Under the pieces are notes generated by a model. The model ran no database searches. It had not been told where the DNA came from and worked only from the letters and a program-made list of their open reading frames with translations. A DNA stretch of 64,000 nucleotides from Candidatus Kapaibacterium sp. (GTDB taxonomy: Bacteria; Bacteroidota; Ignavibacteria; Kapaibacteriales; UBA2268). The position numbers were made by a program, and so were the translations under genes. The DNA lies in assembly GCA_963664875.1 (NCBI GenBank), contig OY761611.1, forward strand, positions 672,001-736,000, written 5' to 3'. Shown here piece by piece: positions 10,707 to 22,282 of this stretch. Each line of letters starts with the position of its first letter. Position 1 is the stretch's first letter.

Positions 10707-10787
10707 AACATCCTCTCACTTGCTTTTATATAAATAACGGGACAAATGTCCCGCTATTTCAAAAAGTTTTCTTCCACAAACGAATAC

Positions 10788-11975
10788 TTAGTATTCCAAA
10801 GCTTCTATGCCCGGTAGTATTTTACCTTCCATGAATTTTAACCATGCACCACCACCCGGTGTAACGTGTGTTACTTTATTCATGAAATTCATCTTTTTAA
10901 TTGCTGCTGCCGAATCACCACCACCAATAATAGTAGTTGCTCCTTTTGCAGTTACATTTGCTAAAGCATTCGACACAGCATAAGTTCCTTTTGCAAAAGC
11001 TGCCATTTCGAATACCCCCATAGGACCATTCCAAACTACAGTTTGAGCAGTAGCGATTTCGTTAGAGAATATTTCTCTTGTTTCTTCGCCAATATCCATG
11101 CCTAACCAATCCGAAGGAATGTTATCAAATGATACGGTTTTATGATTAGCATGTTTCGCAAATTGATCTGCGACAACAACATCTGTTGGGATAATCAATT
11201 TAACATTTTGAGATTTAGCATATTCAATCAGTTCTTTTGCCAATTCAATTTTGTCTTCTTCGAATATAGATCTTCCGATTTCTTTACCGAGAGCTTTTAA
11301 GAACGTAAACATCATACCACCGCCAACTAATACTGTATCGCAAGTATCAATCAAGCGACGGATTACGTCGATTTTGTCCGAGATTTTTGCACCACCAACT
11401 ACTGCAACGTAAGGGTGTTTTGCATTTTTAATAGCATTATCAAGATATTCAATTTCCCAGCTAAGAGACTTGCCGGCAAATCGGTTTTCAAATAATTTCG
11501 GAAGTTCGTAAACACTAGAGTGGTGTCTGTGAACAGTTCCAAAAGCATCATTTATGTAAGAATCAGCTAAGGGACGCAATATTTTTGCAAATTCCAAATC
11601 ATTAGCTGTTTCGTAGTTATAAAATCTCAAATTTTCTAAGAGGATAACGTCTCCGACTTTAGCATTTTCTACAGCATCTTGAGGTGCTTTGCCAAGGCAA
11701 TCCTGAGCAAAAACGATATTGTATCCCCATTTTTCTTCCATATACTCAGCAACAGGCTCTAAGGAAAATTTTTTAACCCATTTTCCCTTAGGTCTCCCCA
11801 AGTGCGAAATAATTATAGGAATACCACCATCATTGATAACTTTGTCTATAGTAGGCAAAGATTCAACTATCCTCAAATCATCTGTTATTTTTCTTTCGTC
11901 GAGAGGCACATTAAAATCGACTCTAATCATTACTTTCTGATCTTCGAAAGAGTAATTGTCTATTTTTTTGATCAT
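10788..11975 (-). CDS. pgk: Phosphoglycerate kinase
   Basis: RVDFNVP, SHLGRP, LLENLRF, NDAFG, GGAKISDKI, WNGPMGVFE, GGGDS; directly downstream of gap. Confidence 0.95.
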   Translation of the reverse strand: MIKKIDNYSFEDQKVMIRVDFNVPLDERKITDDLRIVESLPTIDKVINDGGIPIIISHLGRPKGKWVKKFSLEPVAEYMEEKWGYNIVFAQDCLGKAPQDAVENAKVGDVILLENLRFYNYETANDLEFAKILRPLADSYINDAFGTVHRHHSSVYELPKLFENRFAGKSLSWEIEYLDNAIKNAKHPYVAVVGGAKISDKIDVIRRLIDTCDTVLVGGGMMFTFLKALGKEIGRSIFEEDKIELAKELIEYAKSQNVKLIIPTDVVVADQFAKHANHKTVSFDNIPSDWLGMDIGEETREIFSNEIATAQTVVWNGPMGVFEMAAFAKGTYAVSNALANVTAKGATTIIGGGDSAAAIKKMNFMNKVTHVTPGGGAWLKFMEGKILPGIEALEY

Positions 11976-12052
11976 TACATCACCGCAGAAATTAAATTTT
12001 TGAATTATACTAACTTACAAAAATAAGTAAACGAACGAAACTCCAAAAAATT

Positions 12053-12090
12053 AAAAGAATTCCCCAAAAAATGTCAGGGAATTCTTTTTT
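12053..12090. terminator. Hairpin terminator between gap and pgk
   Basis: aaaagaattccc...gggaattctttt inverted repeat with A/T flanks. Confidence 0.65.
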
Positions 12091-12109
12091 CAAATATATT
12101 TTTTGTCGC

Positions 12110-13120
<1,011 letters not shown>

Positions 13121-13229
13121 CTATGAATGAACACTTTTTTTGATAATTAATTGCTTAGTCTCGAAAATTAAGACTTTATCTTTAATTAGGCAATTTAGTT
13201 TTGTTAATTATATGATTTAGCGATATTAT

Positions 13230-14543
13230 CTATTTCTCAGTCTTATATGGTACCTGATGATATAAAGCTCTAACAGGTTCTAAGCCCAAAGCAGTTCCTT
13301 CCTGAATAGCTTTTAAGACTGCTCCGCCTCCGGTAAATATGTAATATTTAGGGCTATCAAGAGCAACTATATATAATCCCGGCAGTAATCGTTTCAGTTC
13401 CTGCATGGTATCGCCGCCACCATATAGCTTTACAGCTTCGCGATTTTCGTCTATTGTCTCATCTAATGCTATTGTTCCTTCGTTGAAGTAAGGAGTATAT
13501 CCCATAACTGCATTTACAAAAATCATTTTTGCATTGTGGAAAATATCTTTTACATGTTGGTCTTCAAATGACTCTTTTGCGACATCGAGTATATAGTTAA
13601 GCTGGTCGCCTTCTTTCAAATCAGTTACTTTATGGATTCTGTATTTTCCTTCAATTTTCCCCTCCATAGTATCTGATTCGATTATGTAAGGGAGCTCAAT
13701 AAGTTTGTCTTTATGGTTCTTAGCAAAATCTACAAATTTTGCAGCATGCTTCAAATCTTCATCATCTATACCTTTGATACTTATGCCGTACTTCGCTGCT
13801 ATATAAGCATTGTACATTACTCCGCCAAGCACTACGTAGTCAGCTTTATTCATAAGTGCATATAGAGAATCGATTTTTGTATCAAATTTGGAACCTGCCA
13901 CTACAGCTACAAACGGCTTTTCAGGATTAAATATCCTATCTAAGTTTTCTATTTCTTTCTGCAGCAAAAAGCCTGCATAAGAAGGTAGGTATTTCGCAAC
14001 AGTATAAGTCGAAGCATGTGGTTGCCAGCTACCAAACGCATCATTGACATAAACATCTGCAAGACCGGCCAACTGATTGGCAAATCTTTCGGCTTCTTCC
14101 CCATTGCCTTCTTCACCGGCAAACCATCGGGTATTCGGCAAATAAACAGCATCAAGGTCGCTTTCTTTTAGTTCTTTGATTAAGTGATTTATTGAAGTTT
14201 CGATACCAATATAACCTTTACTCTCATCCTTGTAGAAAGTAGGTTCTTTGATTTTTATATGCAGTTTGCTTTTTAGATAATCTATGATAGGCTGCACAGA
14301 AGTATCATTAGAAATTTCTATCTTTCCGTTTTTTTTGTTTTTTGGTCTGCCAACATGGCTCATAAGTATAATTTTTCCACCTTTGGCATTTATATAATAT
14401 AAAGTGCCTAAAGTCGCATCTATTCTATATGGGTCATGAATTACCCCCTTTTTTACAACATTGTGATCTACTCTGACAAGAACGATTTTCCCGTTCAAAT
14501 CCGCATCTTGGATAAGCGGCAAATTAATCTGTCTGAAATCCAT
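13230..14543 (-). CDS. Divergent second phosphoglycerate kinase-family protein
   Basis: RVDHNV, SHVGRP, NDAFG, GGGDT, TGGGA. Start placed at ATG 14543 (MDFRQ) rather than the longer ORF-track start. Confidence 0.85.
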   Translation of the reverse strand: MDFRQINLPLIQDADLNGKIVLVRVDHNVVKKGVIHDPYRIDATLGTLYYINAKGGKIILMSHVGRPKNKKNGKIEISNDTSVQPIIDYLKSKLHIKIKEPTFYKDESKGYIGIETSINHLIKELKESDLDAVYLPNTRWFAGEEGNGEEAERFANQLAGLADVYVNDAFGSWQPHASTYTVAKYLPSYAGFLLQKEIENLDRIFNPEKPFVAVVAGSKFDTKIDSLYALMNKADYVVLGGVMYNAYIAAKYGISIKGIDDEDLKHAAKFVDFAKNHKDKLIELPYIIESDTMEGKIEGKYRIHKVTDLKEGDQLNYILDVAKESFEDQHVKDIFHNAKMIFVNAVMGYTPYFNEGTIALDETIDENREAVKLYGGGDTMQELKRLLPGLYIVALDSPKYYIFTGGGAVLKAIQEGTALGLEPVRALYHQVPYKTEK

Positions 14544-14690
14544 AATATCCTCGAAATATTTTATTATGTTTGACAAGCTATAAGACGAAAGATTCCAAAA
14601 TAAGTTTATCAAAATAAGTTTCAATTATATTTATTTGAGTCTGATATACTTTATTTGGATAATACGATTTTACTAACTAATTTTGTTAAT

Positions 14691-14698
14691 TATGTTTG
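14691..14698 (+). promoter_or_regulatory. Bacteroidota-type primary sigma -7 element (TAnnTTTG) for the gcvPA operon
   Basis: TATGTTTG about 33 nt upstream of the ATG; GGAG RBS at 14722-14725. Confidence 0.5.
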
Positions 14699-14731
14699 CT
14701 AAAATAAGCTATTAACTTTTTGGAGAATAAA

Positions 14732-16072
14732 ATGGCATTCGTACCTAATACAGACGCCGAACGTCAGGAAATGCTCAGTAAAATTGGTGTAAATAGTTTT
14801 GATGAACTAATTGCAAAAATTCCTGAAGACGTTAGGTTCAAAGGCGAATTAAATTTATTACCTCAGTTGTCAGAATATGAAGTAGTAAAACTGTTAAATA
14901 AATACGCAAACAACAACGTAACAGCAGACCAAAATATAAATTTCATGGGCGGTGGAGCTTATGATCACTTTATTCCTTCGATTGTAGGAACTATAATGGA
15001 TCGCTCCGAATTTAAAACTGCCTATACACCATATCAGGCAGAAGTATCTCAGGGTACTTTGCAGGTAATGTACGAATTCCAGTCTCTAATCGCTGAAATT
15101 ACTGGCATGGATGTAGCAAACGCTTCTATGTATGATGCAGGTACTGCAGTAGCGGAAGCTTGCCACATGGCTCATGCTCAGACAAGAAAAACTGAATTCC
15201 TTGTAGCCGGCAAATTGAATCCTAACTACACTATGGTTATGCACACTTCTTGTGCCGGAAGAGAATACACTTTTAGAGAATTTATCGCTGCTGACGGTTC
15301 TGCTGACATTGAAGCTTTGAAAGCTGCAATCAGCGACAACACTGCCGGCGTTATTGTGCAACAACCTAATGCTTATGGTGTGATTGAAAACGTTAGAGCT
15401 ATAGAAGAAGTAGTTCACTCATCAAAAGCAATGTTTATCGTTTGTGTTAATCCAATGTCTCTTGGTATATTGGAAGCTCCAGGTAATTACAATGCTGACA
15501 TCGTAATCGGTGAAGGTCAGGTATTTGGTATTCCTGTAAGTTTTGGTGGACCTTACTTAGGTCTGTTCGCCTGCAAAGAAAAATTTGTAAGAAAAATTCC
15601 GGGCAGATTGGCTGGAATGACACAAGATTCAGAAGGTAAGAGAGGTTTTGTACTTACATTGCAAACTCGCGAACAGCAAATCAAACGCGAAAAAGCTACT
15701 TCCAATATTTGTACAAACCAAGGATTATTTATGTTAGCAGCTACTGTTTACCTTGAAACTATGGGTAAACAAGGCATCAAAGAAGTTGCTGAGCAATCTT
15801 TCCAAAGAGCTCACTACCTTGCTAATAAAATTTCTGAGTTAAAAGGCTTTAAATTGGCGTTTGACAAACCATTTTTCAACGAATTCCTTGTAGAAACACC
15901 TGTTCCTGCAAAAGAAATCATTTCTGCCGGTGTAGATAAAGGTTTCTTGCCTGGTTTGGATACTACAAGATTTGACGGTTGCCACGAAGGTTTACTTGTT
16001 GCTGTAACAGAAAAACGCACTAAAGAAGAAATGGATAGCTTTGTAGAATTTTTATCAGGCTTTGCTAAGTAA
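14732..16072 (+). CDS. gcvPA: Glycine dehydrogenase (decarboxylating) subunit 1
   Basis: TAYTPYQAEVSQGTLQ, NASMYD, GGPYLG, TLQTREQQIKREKATSNICTNQ. ATG at 14732 follows GGAG. Confidence 0.96.
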   Translation: MAFVPNTDAERQEMLSKIGVNSFDELIAKIPEDVRFKGELNLLPQLSEYEVVKLLNKYANNNVTADQNINFMGGGAYDHFIPSIVGTIMDRSEFKTAYTPYQAEVSQGTLQVMYEFQSLIAEITGMDVANASMYDAGTAVAEACHMAHAQTRKTEFLVAGKLNPNYTMVMHTSCAGREYTFREFIAADGSADIEALKAAISDNTAGVIVQQPNAYGVIENVRAIEEVVHSSKAMFIVCVNPMSLGILEAPGNYNADIVIGEGQVFGIPVSFGGPYLGLFACKEKFVRKIPGRLAGMTQDSEGKRGFVLTLQTREQQIKREKATSNICTNQGLFMLAATVYLETMGKQGIKEVAEQSFQRAHYLANKISELKGFKLAFDKPFFNEFLVETPVPAKEIISAGVDKGFLPGLDTTRFDGCHEGLLVAVTEKRTKEEMDSFVEFLSGFAK

Positions 16073-16074
16073 AA

Positions 16075-16389
16075 ATGAATCTGGAATTCTTAAAGGCTTA
16101 CGCCGAAAAACCGGAAAACAGAAGAAAAATTGCTCTTTTTTCTTTTTTGTCATTTGTTTTATTGACTCTGACTTTTTCAGAATATGGTCTATACAAGAGA
16201 CTTTCTCTTCTTAGTGATCACAATTCCCTAAGATACGATATGTATCTTTTAAAACAGGAAACTGACAGTCTGAAAAAAGAAATCAGCAATTTGAGAACTA
16301 ACAACCGAGAAATCGAAAGGCTCGCCAGAGAAGACTTTGGTTTAGTCAAAAAAGGGGAAAATATTATATTTTTTCAAAGTAAAAAATAG
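16075..16389 (+). CDS. Septum formation initiator (FtsB/DivIC family)
   Basis: One TM helix, coiled coil, IERLAREDFGLVKKGE motif. Confidence 0.85.
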   Translation: MNLEFLKAYAEKPENRRKIALFSFLSFVLLTLTFSEYGLYKRLSLLSDHNSLRYDMYLLKQETDSLKKEISNLRTNNREIERLAREDFGLVKKGENIIFFQSKK

Positions 16390-16416
16390 TGATTTTCCAA
16401 AATTATATTTATCTTT

Positions 16417-16445
16417 GAGGGACAGCTTATGTCCCTCTTTTTTTT
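16417..16445 (+). terminator. Intrinsic terminator after the FtsB-like gene
   Basis: gagggaca-gctta-tgtccctc followed by T8. Confidence 0.7.
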
Positions 16446-16453
16446 GGGGTATT

Positions 16454-17377
16454 ATGTATTTTGGAATAGATATTGGCGGCACCTCCATTAAATATGGAGT
16501 TTTAGACAGTGATTTGAATATGGTTGAGCAATCTTCCATCAAAACCAAGTCTGTTACAGATGTTACTGACTTTTCGGCTAAGGTTATCGAAATTATAGAA
16601 TACCTTAGAAAAGAATATATCTGCTGTGATTATATAGGCATAGGTATTCCCGGCACTATCAGCTGCGAAGGAGAAATAATAGTTTCTCCAAACATACCTC
16701 TTTTAGACGGTTTCAATCTAAAACAAGCAATAGAAGATAAGATAGATATAAAAGTCTTTTTAGAAAACGACGCAAATGCTGCTTCATTAGCTGAAATGTA
16801 TGCAGGTGCAGGAAAAGACTTCAAAGATTTCTTGTATGTTACTCTCGGCACAGGTGTTGGCGGCACTATTATATCAGAAAAGAGAATTTTCCTTGGTTCA
16901 GATAGAAATGCCGGAGAAATCGGTCATACAATAATCGATTTCGATGACAAAAGATATTTTGACAGAGAATTCAGGCGAGGAACTCTCGAAGAATTTTTAG
17001 GGAAACATCAAATAGTCGAACTTATGAATTCATTTGCAGCCTCTCCTGTAAGTGGTATTAAAGAACTCCATAGCAGAGCTATGGATAATGACGAAGATGC
17101 TATAAAATGTCTCAATATTTGTGGTGAAATATTAGGTATTGGCCTATCATCTGCTATGAATCTTTTGGGCATTTACAACGTTGTAATTGGTGGCGGTTTG
17201 AGCCATCTTGGTGAAGAACTGTTTCGTTCGACACGCGAGACAATTGCAAAAAGAGCATTGCCAAATGTAACAAAACAGTATCATATTCACCCTGCAAAGT
17301 TTTCAAGCAATGCCGGCATTACCGGTGCAGCTCTTTTAGAAAAGTATTATTCAGATGTTCAACAATCAAATAAGTAG
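16454..17377 (+). CDS. ROK family sugar kinase (glucokinase-like)
   Basis: [34 protein letters not shown]. Start moved to ATG 16454. Confidence 0.9.
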   Translation: MYFGIDIGGTSIKYGVLDSDLNMVEQSSIKTKSVTDVTDFSAKVIEIIEYLRKEYICCDYIGIGIPGTISCEGEIIVSPNIPLLDGFNLKQAIEDKIDIKVFLENDANAASLAEMYAGAGKDFKDFLYVTLGTGVGGTIISEKRIFLGSDRNAGEIGHTIIDFDDKRYFDREFRRGTLEEFLGKHQIVELMNSFAASPVSGIKELHSRAMDNDEDAIKCLNICGEILGIGLSSAMNLLGIYNVVIGGGLSHLGEELFRSTRETIAKRALPNVTKQYHIHPAKFSSNAGITGAALLEKYYSDVQQSNK

Positions 17378-17385
17378 AGGACAAA

Positions 17386-17766
17386 ATGACAAAAGAAACA
17401 GTTTTTACAGAAAAAGCCCCTAAACCTATAGGACCTTACTCTCAGGCAATCAAAGCAGAAGGTAAATTACTTTTTATTTCCGGTCAAATCCCATACACTG
17501 CCGAAGGTAATTTGGCAGGCGATAACATTAAAGATCAGGCTCATCAGGCTTGCAAAAATATTGGTGCTATCTTAGAAGAAGCCGGTGCTACTTTTGCTAA
17601 CGTAGTAAAAACAACTGTACTCTTGAAAGATATGGGTGATTTCGCTACTGTTAACGAAATTTACAGTGAATATTTCGGTGATTCTAAACCTGCAAGAGCT
17701 GCTTATCAGGTAGCAAAACTTCCTTTGGATGTTATGGTAGAAATCGAAGCAATTGCTGTTCTATAA
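17386..17766 (+). CDS. ridA: RidA family reactive intermediate/imine deaminase
   Basis: [43 protein letters not shown]. Confidence 0.93.
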   Translation: MTKETVFTEKAPKPIGPYSQAIKAEGKLLFISGQIPYTAEGNLAGDNIKDQAHQACKNIGAILEEAGATFANVVKTTVLLKDMGDFATVNEIYSEYFGDSKPARAAYQVAKLPLDVMVEIEAIAVL

Positions 17767-17782
17767 ATATTCTTTTCAGTTA

Positions 17783-17821
17783 GAAAGCCGGTGGATTTAT
17801 CAATTTGCCGGTTTTCCTTTT
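17783..17821 (+). terminator. Probable terminator after ridA
   Basis: gaaagccggtgga...tttgccggttttc stem with G-U pairs followed by T-rich sequence. Confidence 0.55.
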
Positions 17822-17843
17822 CAAAAAAATACAAACTATAAAC

Positions 17844-18347
17844 ATGAAGAAATATCTGATTATCGTTTTTCTGTTTTTATGTCGATTTGACCTGTTTGCA
17901 GATGAGTTATCTGATTCTCTAAATGTAAATCATACTATAAAATCCCCTACCGTAGCTACCATCAAATCTGTTATCTTGCCGGGATGGGGTCAGTATTATG
18001 TAGAATCATATTACAAATCAGCAATATTTTTAGGTGCAGAGCTAACATTTGTATATTTTTTAATTGATAATCATTCCAAATATACAGATGCCAAAGCTGA
18101 ATTTGAAGCCGCAAAAGCTAACGGTGCAGATAGCTACCTCATCTCCAGATTAGAACTAAATATGAAAACACATCACAATAACAGAGATCAGACTGCTTTT
18201 TATATGTTAGGCATACACGTACTTTCAGCTATAGATGCCTACGTCGGTGCTCATTTATTTGAATTTGATGTTACAGATGAAATTAAGTTATTTCACCTGC
18301 CAAATCAATATGGCTTGCCTTCCCTACATCTGAGAATAGATTTTTAA
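17844..18347 (+). CDS. DUF5683-like membrane/outer-membrane protein
   Basis: KSPTVATIKSVILPGWGQYY and IDAYVGAHLFEFDV motifs. ATG at 17844 gives a signal peptide. Confidence 0.75.
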   Translation: MKKYLIIVFLFLCRFDLFADELSDSLNVNHTIKSPTVATIKSVILPGWGQYYVESYYKSAIFLGAELTFVYFLIDNHSKYTDAKAEFEAAKANGADSYLISRLELNMKTHHNNRDQTAFYMLGIHVLSAIDAYVGAHLFEFDVTDEIKLFHLPNQYGLPSLHLRIDF

Positions 18348-20467
18348 ATCATTCCGAATCTTTTTCTTAAAAACCACTCTACAGAAAGCAAAATCATTAC
18401 CAGAGATAAAAGATAAACAGAGTTCCAGAGGTTTATTTCGGTTGTAGTGCTTATTTGCTTGTCTTGACCGGGATAATTTGTTTTTATAATAGACAATAAT
18501 GAATCTGTTTCGGTAATGTGTAAATACCTTCCGCTTGAGTTCTGAGCAAGTTTTTCGAGCAAAGACTTGTTGAGACCATAATTCCTGTTTTCTAACTGCA
18601 ATTGCTCGACAGTAAAAGAAGTAGAAGCATTTAATTTACTCTTATTATTCAAACTTGCTTCTGCTTTGACAGAATAATCACCAACCGGGATACCTTCTAC
18701 ATTTACCAAATATCTACCATTAGTTAGACTTTTTAGTGTGAGTTCTTTTTTGAACTTGCTATTTTGTATCACTACTTCAATAGAAGCATTGTCCAGTGGT
18801 TCGTATTTTTCGTCATAAAGCTGTGCATTTATTTCTATCATCTCACTATTTTGATAAACGTTTCTGTTTGTATTAACAACAAATCTTTCCATTCTATCGG
18901 AAATAGAGAGCCATTTAAAAACATTAGAAATCATATTTGAATAAAATGTATTCTGTGTTTCTTGCTTAGATGAAAAATCTGCCAACTGCCAACGATAAAG
19001 CCCATAAACTAAAAACGCCCAGCTTCTCGACTTGCCGTTTGTTTTACTAAGTATAGTAGGTTCGTCGATTACAGTATTATTTACTTGGAAAGTAGAATAA
19101 GATGTCGCATCGGGCTTTGCTTTGTAAAAACTTTCGGTTTTGAATACCGGTGGCAAATCATCAGCAATTTCTTTGATGTCGTAATCGTAAGAAGCAAAAA
19201 CAGTATTGGAGAGTGCATTATCATTAAATAGTACATTTGCGGCATATTCATTACGAGAATCAGAAACGATACTGAATGGTAAATAGCTTTCAATATTTTT
19301 GAGTTTTGATTTAGATATATGTTTGCCGGCTATATACAAGACAGATTTTCCTTTTGCAAGTTCATCACCTATCTGTTGGATTACCCTATCATCAATAATA
19401 TTAGAAGGAAAATCAATCAGAACAAATACATCTGTCTCTGCTATATCTTTAGAGTTTGGCACAGAATACCAAGAATTGCCATCTTTTTTGATAAACTCTT
19501 TAATGTTATATTGTTTAGATTTTTCAATTTGCTGTTTCAGAAAAGAGAGATCAGGGCTCGGAGAGTGAGCAAAAATGGAAATAGTCTTTTTGTTATCGAG
19601 CAAATCAATATATTCGGTTATCTTATTATTTTCGATACTTATCTCATTGGAAATAGTATCAATCTCGACCACAACTTTCTTTTTACCGGGGATAGAATCT
19701 CTATAAGTAAACTCTGCGATATGTTCAGTGATGTCGGGATTTATTGAAATTTTTTTACTCGCATATTTTCTGTTGTTTACAACCAAATTGACATTTACAG
19801 AATCTTTAGAGACTTCTACCGCTCTAAACCTACATAGGATTGGCACGTCATTATTCACATAAGCAAAATCATTTTTTAGAACAGACTGAGCAATCAGATC
19901 AGTTTTCTGAACCGGATTACCTACACCAATAGAAATAACTGGGATATTGCCATTTTCAGCTGCATATTGAGGATTTATTCCTTTATTGAAAGCTCCGTCT
20001 GAGACAATTATAATATTGCTAATATTATGATTTTGCTCTATCTCTCTCGATTTCTCGAAGATTTTAGACATATCAGTATATTGTCCGCTAAATGAGATAC
20101 TGTCTGCTGTTTTGACCTCACTGTCGAAGCAGAATTTATCTGCAGGTAATTCATCGAGCATTTCTATTACATTTTCGATTTGCTCAGAATTATTGCTTTC
20201 AACATTTACGGAAGCACTGTTATCAATAAATATCAAAGACTTAGGCGATTCTAATTCATTTCGCGAAATGGTCAGAGTAGGCTCAAAAATAATCAGCAAT
20301 AAGATTATAAGAGACAATAATCTCAAAGTGCTTAAAACAATTTTTTTTGATTTTGAGACATTCGGAATTGTTCTTTTATAATAATATAAGCTTATGGAAA
20401 TAGCCAAAATAGATAATAGACCAAAAATCCATGGAGAATTTTGGAAAGCAAAATTTATATCAGTCAT
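18344..20467 (-). CDS. Membrane-anchored VWA-domain protein (BatA-like N-terminus, C-terminal TM helix)
   Basis: Two N-terminal TM segments with LRLL...EP; DNSAS and IVSDG VWA motifs; C-terminal LLSVEWFLRKRFGMI. Confidence 0.75.
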   Translation of the reverse strand: MTDINFAFQNSPWIFGLLSILAISISLYYYKRTIPNVSKSKKIVLSTLRLLSLIILLLIIFEPTLTISRNELESPKSLIFIDNSASVNVESNNSEQIENVIEMLDELPADKFCFDSEVKTADSISFSGQYTDMSKIFEKSREIEQNHNISNIIIVSDGAFNKGINPQYAAENGNIPVISIGVGNPVQKTDLIAQSVLKNDFAYVNNDVPILCRFRAVEVSKDSVNVNLVVNNRKYASKKISINPDITEHIAEFTYRDSIPGKKKVVVEIDTISNEISIENNKITEYIDLLDNKKTISIFAHSPSPDLSFLKQQIEKSKQYNIKEFIKKDGNSWYSVPNSKDIAETDVFVLIDFPSNIIDDRVIQQIGDELAKGKSVLYIAGKHISKSKLKNIESYLPFSIVSDSRNEYAANVLFNDNALSNTVFASYDYDIKEIADDLPPVFKTESFYKAKPDATSYSTFQVNNTVIDEPTILSKTNGKSRSWAFLVYGLYRWQLADFSSKQETQNTFYSNMISNVFKWLSISDRMERFVVNTNRNVYQNSEMIEINAQLYDEKYEPLDNASIEVVIQNSKFKKELTLKSLTNGRYLVNVEGIPVGDYSVKAEASLNNKSKLNASTSFTVEQLQLENRNYGLNKSLLEKLAQNSSGRYLHITETDSLLSIIKTNYPGQDKQISTTTEINLWNSVYLLSLVMILLSVEWFLRKRFGMI

Positions 20468-20593
20468 GTCTTCTCAATTTATATATACAAACAAAAGCAA
20501 ATATATTAAATTTCTACATCAATAACGCTTTACAACAGCTTTTTATTTGCTTTCTTGTATAATATTTGTGTTGCACAGTTCAGACTAAATAAT

Positions 20594-20601
20594 TAAGTTT
20601 G
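20594..20601 (+). promoter_or_regulatory. TAnnTTTG promoter element of tRNA-Pro
   Basis: TAAGTTTG ends 11 nt before the tRNA 5' end. Confidence 0.6.
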
Positions 20602-20612
20602 TATCGCATTTT

Positions 20613-20686
20613 CGGGGTGTAGCTCAGCCCGGTAGAGTACTACGTTCGGGACGTAGGAGTCGCAGGTTCAAATCCTGTCACCCCGA
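20613..20686 (+). tRNA. tRNA-Pro (anticodon CGG), CCA not encoded
   Basis: Acceptor stem CGGGGTG/CACCCCG plus discriminator A; D arm AGCTCAGCCCGGTAGAGT; anticodon arm CTACG-TTCGGGA-CGTAG; T arm GCAGG-TTCAAAT-CCTGT. Confidence 0.97.
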
Positions 20687-20694
20687 CAAACTTA

Positions 20695-22281
20695 TTACTT
20701 AGTTGGAAGTGCTAATACAAACTCAGCACCTTCACCTAAAATGCTGTTACAATATACTTTCCCACCCATCATATCTGCTAATTTTTTTACAATAGAAAGT
20801 CCCAATCCTGTAGAGTGTTCTCCACCTGTAGGTCTTGCAGAAAGTCTGGAGAATTTTTTAAATAATTTTTTCTGATCTTCTTCTGATATACCCGGGCCTT
20901 CATCTTTCACAGAAAAGTAGTTATAGTTTTCGTCAAAATAGAATTTTACATATATCTTTTTTCCGAGAGGTGAGTATTTTATTGCATTTGAAACCAAATT
21001 GTCTAACATTTGGATGCAATAAGTCCTGTCGCAATAGATTTTATAGTCGTAATCAATATCGCAAAGTATTTCAATATTCTTTTGCGAAGCATTATCAATG
21101 TGATGTTTCATTGATTGATACAGGACATCTCTAAGAGAGTAAACTTCCGGATTAATATGAATTTTGCCTTCTTCGATAGCGTTTACATCGAGTAGATTTT
21201 TTATCAAATCAAACATTCTCTCTGATGTTTCTAATATATCATTAGAAAACTCTTTTATTTCTGCATCCGACAAGGTGTCGTCTTCGCATAAAAATTTGGC
21301 AAGCATTTTAATACTCGACAAAGGATTTTTCAAATCGTGGGCTGCCACACCCAAAATTTCATTTTTCTCCTGATTAAGTTTGCGCAAATCAATAGTCCTT
21401 TCTTCCACCTCTTTTTCTAATCGGGTATTATACTCTTTAAGTAAAGTTTCAGCGTTTTTTCTAATAGAAATATCCCTCAAAATTACAGTGAAGTATTGTG
21501 TATCTTGAATATTGAATTTGCTTAAAGAAATATCAACCGGGAAGATTTTTTTATCCTTTCTTACTGCTTCTGCTTCGTAGCCGTCGATATTTATTTTCAA
21601 TTTGTCTTCAGCGTTATCTTCGACTGAAATTATTTCTAAGGATTTTATCTGTTCGGTAAAGAGTGCATAAAAATGGTTACCAACAATTTCTTTTGCAGAA
21701 TAACCAAATAGAATTTCTGTAGCAGGATTGACAGACTCAATAATTAGAGATTTATCAAGTGTCAAAATAGCATCATGAGCCGTATTTACTATTGCATAGT
21801 TTCTTGCCAAGGATTCTTGTAAATTTAGTTCTGTTCTTTCCAAATCATTATTTTTCTTTCTGATTTCAAGTATGTCATTTCTTGTCTTTTCAATTGTAAT
21901 AGTTAAATCGTCAAAATCAATAGGCTTAGTTACAAAGTCATAGGCACCACGATTCATGGCAGTACGAATATTCTTCATGTCACCATAAGCTGAGACAATT
22001 ATTGCCTTCATAAGACCATCTAATCGATTTAAATGGTTTAGCAGAGTCAAGCCGTCCATCTTCGGCATATTAATATCAGAAATTACGATTTCGATATCAG
22101 GATTTGAATTGAGTTGAGTAAGTGCCTCTTCCCCATTGCCGGCAAAAAGAAACTCATACAAACCCTGTTTAATTTGCTTTCTGAATTTGAGTTTTATCAT
22201 GCCCTCGACATCTGGTTCGTCATCTACTAAAAGTATTTTTGTAGGTAAATTTTGATAGCCTTCCATTCTACGATTTTCCAT
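20695..22281 (-). CDS. Cytoplasmic hybrid histidine kinase: REC-PAS-HisKA-HATPase
   Basis: LLVDDE...SDINMP...TKP receiver; PAS VNPA...LFGY...RDIS; [10 protein letters not shown] box; [20 protein letters not shown]. Confidence 0.93.
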   Translation of the reverse strand: MENRRMEGYQNLPTKILLVDDEPDVEGMIKLKFRKQIKQGLYEFLFAGNGEEALTQLNSNPDIEIVISDINMPKMDGLTLLNHLNRLDGLMKAIIVSAYGDMKNIRTAMNRGAYDFVTKPIDFDDLTITIEKTRNDILEIRKKNNDLERTELNLQESLARNYAIVNTAHDAILTLDKSLIIESVNPATEILFGYSAKEIVGNHFYALFTEQIKSLEIISVEDNAEDKLKINIDGYEAEAVRKDKKIFPVDISLSKFNIQDTQYFTVILRDISIRKNAETLLKEYNTRLEKEVEERTIDLRKLNQEKNEILGVAAHDLKNPLSSIKMLAKFLCEDDTLSDAEIKEFSNDILETSERMFDLIKNLLDVNAIEEGKIHINPEVYSLRDVLYQSMKHHIDNASQKNIEILCDIDYDYKIYCDRTYCIQMLDNLVSNAIKYSPLGKKIYVKFYFDENYNYFSVKDEGPGISEEDQKKLFKKFSRLSARPTGGEHSTGLGLSIVKKLADMMGGKVYCNSILGEGAEFVLALPTK

Positions 22282-22282
22282 A

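Noticed and set aside
14600-14731. Glycine riboswitch upstream of gcvPA
   Set aside because: The leader is short and AT-rich with no GGAGA...CCGAAG...CTCAGG aptamer. The GGAGA present is the RBS.
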